From the NCBI GenBank assembly GCA_964016885.1, contig OZ024752.1, positions 22,382,001-22,446,000 on the forward strand: 64,000 nt of DNA, written 5' to 3'. Positions 1 to 10,829 of this stretch are shown piece after piece. Each line of letters opens with the position of its first letter. The stretch's first letter is position 1. The DNA comes from Eledone cirrhosa. Taxonomy: Eukaryota. Under the pieces are notes generated by a model. The model made no database searches. It worked only from the letters and a program-made list of their open reading frames with translations, and was not told the origin of the DNA. The translations under genes were made by a program, and so were the position numbers.

Positions 1-3000
1 TGGATACAGTCTCTTTTTTACCACCAATGTCCAGAGTGAACAGTTTATCTGTGCGTGCAAGCACACGATAAGGACCGGTATAAGGTGACGTGAGAGGAGC
101 TCTTGCGGCGTCCTTCCGTAGAAAGACGTGGGTCCACGAAGCAATGTCTTTCGGGACCGCAGATTTTGTCTGTTCATAGGCGGAAGATTGTCAAAATAAG
201 ATCGCAGTCTGTCCACATACAGAGCTGGATCTGTTTCAGGTAAATCCATTGAGGTCAACATCTGACCCGGTAAAGATATAGGTACTCCGTAAACCAGTTC
301 AGCCGGGGAGTATCCTAGATCCTCCTTGATAGCTGCACGACAGCCAAGAAGGACAATTGGTACATACTCGCTCCATTGCTGTTGATCTGGATAAGCGCGC
401 AATGCGGCGGCTTTCAATTGGCGGTGGAAGCGCTCTATCATTCCGTTCGAAGCTGGATGATAGCTAGTCGTTCGGATGCGCTTAATTCCCAGGATCCTTG
501 AAAGTTCTCGGAAGAGATGGGACTCGAACTGTCCACCACGGTCCATGGTGACAGTGGTTGGAACTCCGTAACGCGATATCCAACCCGTTACTAGAGCTCG
601 CGCTACAGATTCCGCCGAAATGTCACTTAAAGGAATGGCTTCAGGCCAACGTGTGAAGCGATCAATACAGGTCAGGAGATAGGTAAATCCTTGGCTGACC
701 GGGCATGGTCCAACGAGATCTATGTGGACATGACTGAACCGAGCGTCTGGCGTGCTGAAAGTTCCGAGGGGTGCGCGGATGTGTTTGTGCACCTTTAACT
801 TCTGGCAGGACAAGGAGGAACGTGTCCAGGCAGTGATGTCACGCCTCATATTCGGCCAGAAGAATCTAGCCGAAATGAGCTTCACTGTGGTTGATATTCC
901 AGGGTGTGTTAGACCATGCAAGGTCTCGAAAACTGCACGACGATGAGTCGCTGGAACTAGAGGACGAGGTGAATCCGTCGAGGTGTCACAAATAATCTGT
1001 GTGTCCGAAGTGGGCACAGGTTGATATGAAAATTTGCCAGTTGCAAATTCAGGAGACGAAAGATCCAAGGTCTCCAGGGGTGACTGTTCTGTGGCCATCC
1101 GTTGAAGGTCAATATCCGAAGGTGATGACAGGGAATTGATTGGGAGGTGAGACAAGGCATCTGCCGCCGCATTCTGCTCACCGGAGATGTGTCGGATATC
1201 GCTGGTAAATTGCGAAACGAAGTCCAAATGACGAGTTTCGCGAGGTGAATATTTATCCGGCTTAGAACGCAGTGTGAACGTAAGCGGACGATGATCGGTG
1301 TAGATCGCAAATTGGTGACCCTCCAGTGAATGCCGAAAATGTTTCACTGCGAGGTACATAGCCAGGAGTTCACGGCCGAACGTGCTATATCGTGTCTCTG
1401 CTGGTTTCAGTAGTCTCGAGAAGTACGCGAGAGGTTGTAGTTGTTGTTGGTGATGCTGTTGCAAAACTGCACCTACAGCTGTGCCCGATGCATCAACGAC
1501 CAGTGAAAACTGGGCACCAGACACAGGATGTGCAAGTAACGATGTCTCCGCAAGTTTCTGCTTCACTTCGTTGAAGGCTTTTAGCTGATTCGTGTCCAGT
1601 GTGATGGATTCATTTTTCCTTTTCCTGTTACGTAACATGTCAGACAGAGGAGACTGGAGATCTGCACAGTGTGGGATAAAACGCCTGTAGTAGTTCAGCA
1701 GACCAAGGAAATGTCGTAGCTGTCGAAGTGAAGTAGGTGGGTGAAGGTCTTGCAGAGCTTTCACTTTGTCAGGTAGTGGTGAGATTCCCTCAGGGCTGAT
1801 AACGTGGCCCAAGAAGACAAGTGAAGGCGCACCGAAAACACATTTCGCTGGGTTAATTCGTACCTGATACTGCTGAAACCGCTCAAACAGTAGACGGAGG
1901 TGAGTGACATGTTCCTCGGGTGAGGCCCTTGCCAGAGAAGTCATCAATGTAGTTATACATGAAGTCAAAATCTCGCACAACTTCATCCATGAAACGTTGG
2001 AAAGTACTGGCTGCGTTTCGCAAACCGAAAGGCATAGTCAGAAATTCGAACGCTCCGAAAGGAGTTGTTACGGCAGTTTTAGGTATATCTGCCGGGTTCA
2101 TTGGAATCTGGTGGTAAGCCTTGACCAAATCCAATTTGGAGAATGTCTTACATCCATGAAGCGAAGACGCGAAATCCTGTATGTGTGGGATCGGGTACCG
2201 TCATCGCGTTTAACCGGCGAAAGTCCCCAGTGGGACGCCAATCACCGGAACGCTTCGGAACCAAATGCAAAGGAGCGGCCCACGGACTTGAGGATGGGCG
2301 ATTGATCCCCAACTGTAGCATGTGGTTAAATTCAGCCTTCGCTGCTTTCAATTTCTCCGCAGGGAGGCGGCGAGGGCGAGAAAATACAGGAGCGCCAGAA
2401 GTTTCGATATAATGTTTTGTGGAGTGAGTAGGCTTACTCACCACAAAATTCAAATTTGTCAATTCCGGGAAGGAATTTAGAAGCGACTGAAAAGGGTCCT
2501 CTGAAGCGGCGATGAAGAATACCGGGCAGATAGATGAGACAGTAGATTTCAAATCCGGAACGGAGAGTTCCGTATTAGCATCCAACAACCGGCGTCTGCG
2601 CATATCCACTAACAGGTTATAGTGGTGCAGGAAATCCGAGCCTAGAATAGGGTAAGGCAAATCATCCACCGTGAAAATCCACGTGAAGTCTCTTCGCAAT
2701 TCCAGGTTCAAAGAATGAGAAATTTGACCATACGTGGAGATAGGAGAATGATTTACGGCTTGCAGAGAAATGGATGAAACTGGCGACTTCTCTTTGAGAA
2801 GTTTTAGCGGCCATATACTGCAAGCAGCACCTGTATCCACTAGACATCGAGCTTGGGAAAACGTGTCAGTTATAAAGAACGCACGATTATTTGGGAGCGT
2901 CAGAGGAGACTGTGCCGTGCTCAGGTCTCCTGAAATCCGTTTCCCTGGATGGAAAACGAACAGGGCTGGTTACAAGAGCGTGCCGCCGCGCCCAAACGGC

Positions 3001-3381
3001 TGTGGTAGTAGCACAGTCCTGGCTTGCTTGTGTGGCGGCGGCGTGGCGAGGGCGAACGGCTCTGGAAGCGACGTCTGGGCGATTGAGCCCTGGAGGTACT
3101 CAATTTTCTCACCTCTTTGGTGAGTTGCTCTATGGCTTGAAGTATTGCCACAGACGCAAGTGAGTGATCGGTGTGGACGGCAGCTGCTGGAGAGAACGAA
3201 GAGACCGCAGCCGGTGGCTGAGGTGCAACGAAGGAGGCAGGAGAGAAGAAGAGACCGCAGCCGGAGGCAGGGTTTCCAGTGAAACTTATAATTTTGTCGG
3301 CCGAAGCCGCTAGCTGGTCGACTGTGGTAGTCTCCATCATAGGCGCTAAAATCGCCTGAACACCGGGCGGCAGAGAGGAAA
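1..3381 (-). mobile_element. Decayed Ty3/Gypsy LTR retrotransposon internal region (CsRn1-like): gag C-terminus, protease, RT, RNase H, integrase; runs off the window start
   Basis: Gag CHCC-type knuckle CYYHSRLGAAARSCNQPC (ORF 2921-3340); protease DTGA; [13 protein letters not shown] / [17 protein letters not shown] / YIDD; RNase [15 protein letters not shown] and [15 protein letters not shown]; integrase HIDLVGP...[13 protein letters not shown]...[12 protein letters not shown] read on the minus strand; several frameshifts. Confidence 0.93.
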
Positions 3382-3821
3382 ATGTTAAGAATAAAAAAAA
3401 AAGGGTTTTCTTATATTTTTCAAAAAGGCGTTGCCTTTAAATCAAATTGGCTGGCAAACAAACGCAGAAGACGTATAATGGCCATTCGTAACGCTCCGGA
3501 ATACAGGCAAATTTTTGAAGATTGCGTCACCCAATCAGAATCCAGGAGGATTTATGTGCAAAATACAAATATTGAGACGCAGTGAAAAAAAAAAATTATA
3601 ACGCACGATGGAATAATTTACCGATAATTTTTTTTTTTTTTTTTTTTTTAATAATGCATTTCGATGTAATACATGTCGATACAAAATGTGTTTGTGCATG
3701 CAGGCAAATGATAAATATAATGATAAGGAAATAATTGTTCTAAACAACAAAACGTTCAGTTTTTTTCTTCTTTGTGACAGCGTTCTTTCTTTCTTTCATA
3801 TTTGTTGTACAAAAATGCTTA

Positions 3822-3833
3822 TCGGGGTCACCA
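3822..3833 (-). promoter_or_regulatory. Primer-binding site complementary to the tRNA-Trp 3' end (copy at 6522-6533)
   Basis: Minus strand reads TGGTGACCCCGA; Trp priming is typical of CsRn1-clade Gypsy elements; correct strand and upstream of gag. Confidence 0.7.
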
Positions 3834-3835
3834 TT

Positions 3836-4103
3836 TATAATGAAGAATGTAAGTCGTTAGATCAGAAGGCATTAAATAGACAAACTCCATTACAAGTATG
3901 CACTCCATTTATTCTTGCTTCGCACTGTGAAAATCATTTTGCCTGTATTTCCATTCTCTGGTCTAAGTAGTCCAGTTACTTGTATCGCTACGCCGAAGGT
4001 TTTGATTGGCTCACACTTCAGCCAATTTACTTCCGTAACACTTTTCTTTCGCCACGCCGAAGGAAAATACATTTAATTACGAAGGATATATATTACTGCT
4101 ACA
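3836..4103 (-). mobile_element. Probable degraded 5' LTR next to the PBS (copy at ~6536-6803)
   Basis: Immediately upstream of the PBS on the minus strand; AATAAA on minus at ~3907-3912; possible TGTAGC start at ~4103; boundaries uncertain. Confidence 0.4.
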
Positions 4104-4977
4104 CATCTATATGCTTTAATAAAAAATAAAAAAAGGCACTACAACGCTATTAGCTGTTAGTCGAAAGCAGCCGATGAAAGCAAAACATCGTTTATTTCCG
4201 TATTACTACCAGGCGTAAGTGGAGTTACTTAAATGAAATTTTTTTTTTTTCACGCGTTTTTTTAATTTTTTATTAAAGCATATAGATGTAAGTGGAGTTA
4301 CTTAAATGAAAATATAGGTGGCCTTTAAAAGAGCCAAATTAGAAAACAAATTTAAGTTAATTAGAAAACAAGTCATGGTTATCAAATAAATTGGATTTAA
4401 TCATTTATATTTTCATAGTCATGGTTATTAATGTAGAAAACAAGTCATTTTCACCAACAGTGGAGTTAACTTAAATGAAAATATAGGTGGCCCTTAAAGG
4501 GGCAAAATTAGAAAACAAATTGGCACTACAACGCTATTAGCTGTCAGTCGAAGCAGCCGACGAAAGCAAAACATCGTTTATTTCCGTATTGCTACCACGC
4601 GTAAGTGGAGGGCCACCTATATTTTCATTTAAGTTAACTCCACTGTTGGTGAAAATGACTTGTTTTCTACATTGATAACCATGACTATGAAAATATAGTT
4701 CATGGTATTAGCTGTCAGAAGTAACTCCACTGTTGGTGAAAATGACTTGTTTTCTACATTGATAACCATGACTATGAAAATATAAATGATTAAATCCAAT
4801 TTATTTGATAACCATGACTTGTTTTCTAATTAACTTAAATTTGTTTTCTAATTTGGCCCTTTTAAGGGCCACCTATATTTTCATTTAAGTAATTCCACTT
4901 ACATCTATATAAAAAAAATAAAAAAACGCGTGAAAACTCCACTTACGCGTGGTGGTAGTAATACGGAAATAAACGAT
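4102..4977. repeat. Scrambled fold-back region of nested inverted and direct repeats (copy at 6802-7677)
   Basis: ~4285-4468 is inverted at ~4722-4910; ~4102-4135 is inverted at ~4257-4290; ~4136-4225 repeats directly at ~4523-4610. Confidence 0.85.
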
Positions 4978-7900
4978 GACGAATGATCTCACTTTCAATT
5001 TCATAGTAAGATAGTTGATACTGAAGGCGGAAGTTTGTCAGTAAACATCAAGTTTTTAACTTTACGATAAGACAGAACATTATAGGAAAGAAAAGAAATA
5101 TGTCAGAAACAATTACTACAGTATTTCTGATTATATGTTTGATGATTGTTTTTCTCTTTTTTTTTCTCTTCAGAAAGGTAAATATTATTTCACATTGATT
5201 TGCATTCTTTTAAAGGTTTCTGGTTTCACAATCTCTCACTGTAACTATACCTGTAGGTATTTATACTAACAGGCGCACATACACACACACACATATATAT
5301 ATATATATGGTGGCTGCCAACTCGTTTTCGAGTACGGCCACTACTTTATATCCATGTAGGAGAACCCCTACCGATGCGCTGAACGAATGTGACTTTTTAG
5401 TCCAGCCAGCGACTTGAAAACTCTGGTACAAAGACTACACTTGTGACCATTATTGACACATAGTGCAGGGCCCATGGTACCATGTGATGACAAGTGCAGA
5501 GAGATCTCCAGATATAAAGCAATGCCTGTGCTGTGAAGCTTTTATAGTGAGCAAAGGCACTGCACAAAGCCAGTCCCACTCTCTTAACCAAGATGATATT
5601 TACCAAAAAGAAGAACAAGTCAACATCATTGGATACCATCAGGGTTGCAGGTGTTATATCAGAGTTTTCCTTCTCCTAGAATTCTGCCTTGACAAAGGCT
5701 AAGGGGTCATCTCTCCCGGTGATTTTGGATGGCTATTGACTCTTAAGAGCTCCCTTGCCCTTTGGAAGCGACGTCTGGGCGATTGAGCCCTGGAGGTACT
5801 CAATTTTCTCACCTCTTTGGTGAGTTGCTCTATGGCTTGAAGTATTGCCACAGACGCAAGTGAGTGATCGGTGTGGACGGCAGCTGCTGGAGAGAACGAA
5901 GAGACCGCAGCCGGTGGCTGAGGTGCAACGAAGGAGGCAGGAGAGAAGAAGAGACCGCAGCCGGAGGCAGGGTTTCCAGTGAAACTTATAATTTTGTCGG
6001 CCGAAGCCGCTAGCTGGTCGACTGTGGTAGTCTCCATCATAGGCGCTAAAATCGCCTGAACACCGGGCGGCAGAGAGGAAAATGTTAAGAATAAAAAAAA
6101 AAGGGTTTTCTTATATTTTTCAAAAAGGCGTTGCCTTTAAATCAAATTGGCTGGCAAACAAACGCAGAAGACGTATAATGGCCATTCGTAACGCTCCGGA
6201 ATACAGGCAAATTTTTGAAGATTGCGTCACCCAATCAGAATCCAGGAGGATTTATGTGCAAAATACAAATATTGAGACGCAGTGAAAAAAAAAAATTATA
6301 ACGCACGATGGAATAATTTACCGATAATTTTTTTTTTTTTTTTTTTTTTAATAATGCATTTCGATGTAATACATGTCGATACAAAATGTGTTTGTGCATG
6401 CAGGCAAATGATAAATATAATGATAAGGAAATAATTGTTCTAAACAACAAAACGTTCAGTTTTTTTCTTCTTTGTGACAGCGTTCTTTCTTTCTTTCATA
6501 TTTGTTGTACAAAAATGCTTATCGGGGTCACCATTTATAATGAAGAATGTAAGTCGTTAGATCAGAAGGCATTAAATAGACAAACTCCATTACAAGTATG
6601 CACTCCATTTATTCTTGCTTCGCACTGTGAAAATCATTTTGCCTGTATTTCCATTCTCTGGTCTAAGTAGTCCAGTTACTTGTATCGCTACGCCGAAGGT
6701 TTTGATTGGCTCACACTTCAGCCAATTTACTTCCGTAACACTTTTCTTTCGCCACGCCGAAGGAAAATACATTTAATTACGAAGGATATATATTACTGCT
6801 ACACATCTATATGCTTTAATAAAAAATAAAAAAAGGCACTACAACGCTATTAGCTGTTAGTCGAAAGCAGCCGATGAAAGCAAAACATCGTTTATTTCCG
6901 TATTACTACCAGGCGTAAGTGGAGTTACTTAAATGAAATTTTTTTTTTTTCACGCGTTTTTTTAATTTTTTATTAAAGCATATAGATGTAAGTGGAGTTA
7001 CTTAAATGAAAATATAGGTGGCCTTTAAAAGAGCCAAATTAGAAAACAAATTTAAGTTAATTAGAAAACAAGTCATGGTTATCAAATAAATTGGATTTAA
7101 TCATTTATATTTTCATAGTCATGGTTATTAATGTAGAAAACAAGTCATTTTCACCAACAGTGGAGTTAACTTAAATGAAAATATAGGTGGCCCTTAAAGG
7201 GGCAAAATTAGAAAACAAATTGGCACTACAACGCTATTAGCTGTCAGTCGAAGCAGCCGACGAAAGCAAAACATCGTTTATTTCCGTATTGCTACCACGC
7301 GTAAGTGGAGGGCCACCTATATTTTCATTTAAGTTAACTCCACTGTTGGTGAAAATGACTTGTTTTCTACATTGATAACCATGACTATGAAAATATAGTT
7401 CATGGTATTAGCTGTCAGAAGTAACTCCACTGTTGGTGAAAATGACTTGTTTTCTACATTGATAACCATGACTATGAAAATATAAATGATTAAATCCAAT
7501 TTATTTGATAACCATGACTTGTTTTCTAATTAACTTAAATTTGTTTTCTAATTTGGCCCTTTTAAGGGCCACCTATATTTTCATTTAAGTAATTCCACTT
7601 ACATCTATATAAAAAAAATAAAAAAACGCGTGAAAACTCCACTTACGCGTGGTGGTAGTAATACGGAAATAAACGATGACGAATGATCTCACTTTCAATT
7701 TCATAGTAAGATAGTTGATACTGAAGGCGGAAGTTTGTCAGTAAACATCAAGTTTTTAACTTTACGATAAGACAGAACATTATAGGAAAGAAAAGAAATA
7801 TGTCAGAAACAATTACTACAGTATTTCTGATTATATGTTTGATGATTGTTTTTCTCTTTTTTTTTCTCTTCAGAAAGGTAAATATTATTTCACATTGATT

Positions 7901-7980
7901 TGCATTCTTTTAAAGGTTTCTGGTTTCACAATCTCTCACTGTAACTATACCTGTAGGTATTTATACTAACAGGCGCACAT

Positions 7981-8022
<42 letters not shown>

Positions 8023-8047
8023 ACAGGCTAACCCCCCCCCCCCCGCA

Positions 8048-8125
8048 CACCAACAAAAAAATGTATACACACTTTGATTAGAATGCTGTTGAAGTGTATA
8101 TACTCTTTTTGAGACACCCTCTGTA
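8048..8125. mobile_element. Tc1/mariner-type MITE remnant
   Basis: Terminal ...GTGTATATACTCTTTTTGAGACACCCTCTG-TA inverted against AAAAAATGTATACAC; same family as 9117-9220. Confidence 0.55.
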
Positions 8126-8144
8126 TATATATATTCCCGAGTTC

Positions 8145-8503
8145 TGTTGGTAAAGTATATAACATAACACTGGTGTGTATGAATATAACAAGACACTAGG
8201 TTGTGTGTATAAAGTTTAATTAACAAGTTGAAGTTGTATAGTTAACATGTCCATGAGTAGATGAAAGAATGAAGTAAAGTTAGTTGTTACTTTTGAAGTT
8301 AGCTCGCAAGAAACCATGTGAGGGTTGCCAGGCGAACGCGCCTGGCCGAAGGCCAGGAGCCGAAAGCGCAAATGAGAGAGAGATCGCTCTGAGTATCCCT
8401 TTTATAGGGTCTCAGGACGGAAGTGACAAAAAGGGTTCTGCCACCCCAACGGAAGCAACTCCAGCTACTTCCTGTTTAGAGAGCGGTGATGTGATTGCAT
8501 AAC
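8145..8503 (-). mobile_element. Possible solo LTR
   Basis: TGTT...AACA ends; TATAAAAG and downstream ATTAAA on the minus strand; no clean TSD. Confidence 0.3.
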
Positions 8504-8634
8504 ATTGTCATAAGGGAGGCAACTCTTGCTAAAAGTATAAGCATTTAAAAAAAAATTATATATAGAAATGATTTCTGCAGGACTAGAACTGTTTCATTCG
8601 TATGACATCGTCAATATATATATATATATATATT

Positions 8635-8811
8635 GGTGGATTGGCAGTATCAGTAGAGGGTCGGACGCCATGCTTTCCAGCATAGTTACGTCCCTTTACG
8701 ATCTGAGTTCAAAACCCGCCGAGGTTGACTTTGCCTTTCATCCTTACGGGGTCGATAAAATAAAGTACCAGTAATGCACTGGGTGATTGCTGGCCTTGTG
8801 CCTAAAGTAGA
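8635..8811 (+). mobile_element. tRNA-derived SINE with a Meta/MESC-like central domain
   Basis: Box A-like TGGCAGTATCAG, box B-like GAGTTCAAAACC, core GCCTTTCATCCTTACGGGGTCGATAAAAT; flanked by direct repeat GTCAATATATATA...; further copies in the window. Confidence 0.88.
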
Positions 8812-9116
8812 GTCAATATATATATATATATAAACTATGGAAGGCCTACAACTGAGGTTGATAGCAAGGCTAAGCCGTTGAAATAGGTAAACACTTAAAC
8901 CCTTTCCAATTCTCCCCTAATACTTTAGTAAGGCGAACTGTCAACAACAACAAAAACTCCCCGAGTGACACCCTAATGAAACAATCAATTTACTAGTAAT
9001 AGTAAATTCTGTTATTTCAGGAGTTTATTGCATTCATCTATCAATGTAGTGAACCCCACCACCTTCATCGCAGTATACACATATCTCTCTCGCTCTCTCT
9101 ATATATACACAACACA

Positions 9117-9220
9117 CAAGGTGTCCCCCAAAAAATGTATACACACTTTGATTACCGGTACATGTAATATTTATTAAAATACTGTTAAAGTGTGTATACA
9201 CTTTTAGGGGACACACTGTA
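9117..9220. mobile_element. ~100-bp Tc1/mariner-type MITE
   Basis: ~30-bp TIRs GGTGTCCCCCAAAAAATGTATACACACTTT / AAAGTGTGTATACACTTTTAGGGGACACAC followed by TG-TA. Confidence 0.7.
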
Positions 9221-9261
9221 TAGAAGACTCATTTGGTATATATATATATATATATATATAT

Positions 9262-9460
9262 AAAAACAAATAACGAAACGAAATTAAATTTCGTTTCGTT
9301 TGTAACTCACTTTTGTATGACTGACGCTTAAACAATTAAGCTAAAAATGTACATCTACATATGCATACTGAAATACTAGTGTGTATATGAATACACACAC
9401 GTATACATATGCAGATGTAACAAGTCTTTCACTGGTTGCTTTACTGTGAGCAACCCAGCT
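9262..9460 (-). mobile_element. 5'-truncated fragment of the hammerhead repeat family B (no ribozyme retained)
   Basis: Reverse complement of ~45443-45640, including the AACGAAACGAAATT/AATTTCGTTTCGTT hairpin; ends in (TA)n. Confidence 0.8.
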
Positions 9461-9501
9461 ATATATATATAAATATATATATACCAAATGAGTCTTCTAT
9501 A

Positions 9502-9780
<279 letters not shown>

Positions 9781-10043
9781 AAACAGAAAAAATGAAACGA
9801 AATTTCATTACTCACTCTTAGTACGGCTGTTACTTAAATATAAGTATGTATACGTACATACATATATGTATACAAACGTACAGTAGTATGTATATATATA
9901 CATACATGCACACATATATATATGTACGTATGGATTCACGGAACATTTATTATAATGCTCGGTGTGTTTGTAAACAAACATCCCGTATTAAGCCGTAGTG
10001 TCTAGCAACCATCGTTGCTCATTTGTTCAACACTGGCAAAGGA

Positions 10044-10086
10044 ACGCTGTACTAGTTTCAAGCTTATTAGCTATCTTCAGCAACGT
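10044..10086 (-). ncRNA. Minimal type I hammerhead ribozyme
   Basis: Minus strand: ACGTTG CTGAAGA t AGCT aata AGCT t GAAA CTAG TA ^ CAGCGT; stem I 6 bp, palindromic stem III ACTAGT, GUA triplet. Confidence 0.8.
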
Positions 10087-10474
10087 ATACCTTCCTGCCA
10101 GATGATTAAACGTCTGAAAGTATATAGTTTCCTTATGCATATTAACGGCTGAGCAGCCCAATTTGCATATCGTGTGAGTTAATCGGCCGGGGTACCGAAA
10201 ACGATAAACAGAAAATATGAAACGAAATTTCATTTCTCACTCTTAGTACGGCTGTTACTTAAATATAAGTATGTATACGTACATACATATATGTATACAG
10301 ACGTACAGTAGTATGTATATATATATATACATACATGCACACATATATATATGTATGTATGGATTCACCGAACATTTGTTATAATTCTCGGTGTGTTTGT
10401 AAACAAACATCCCGAATTAAGCCGTACAGTGTCTAGCAACCATCGTTGCTCATTTGTTCAACACTGACAAAGGA

Positions 10475-10517
10475 ACACTGTACTAGTTTCAAGCTTATTA
10501 GCTATCGTCAGCAACGT
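10475..10517 (-). ncRNA. Minimal type I hammerhead ribozyme
   Basis: Minus strand: ACGTTG CTGACGA t AGCT aata AGCT t GAAA CTAG TA ^ CAGTGT. Confidence 0.8.
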
Positions 10518-10829
10518 ATACCTTCCTGCCAGATGATTGAACGTCTGGTGAATCCATACGTACATATAATTGATCTCCTATCCAATACTATACTATATTT
10601 TTACAACAATTCAAAATTAAAATATAATTTTAAATTTGAAATCAAAATTAAAATAAATTTTAAATTTGAATTGCTGTACAAATATAGTATAGTATAATAT
10701 ATGTCACTCCACTGTACATCAATATATATATATATGTATCTGTATGTCTTTTGCGTTGGATAGGAGGTCAATTATATGTACAAGCATTGAAAAATGCTCC
10801 GAAGATTCCAAGCCTAGGTTTGGATGAAA

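Larger units (their letters stand above)
3063..7992. repeat. Direct duplication 3063-5292 = 5763-7992 (offset 2700) separated by a short (TA)n and a ~450-bp unrelated spacer
   Basis: Lines are identical by eye, including homopolymer lengths; ORF translations repeat exactly (3382/6082, 3686/6386). Confidence 0.97.
9781..10546 (-). mobile_element. Tandem ~1.8-mer of a 431-bp hammerhead-bearing repeat (retrozyme-like, family A)
   Basis: 9781-10115 repeats at ~10206-10546; one hammerhead per unit; RNA-sense 3' end abuts (TA)n. Confidence 0.8.

Noticed and set aside
8635-8730. tRNA gene
   Set aside because: A/B boxes belong to a SINE head; no cloverleaf, and it continues into the SINE core
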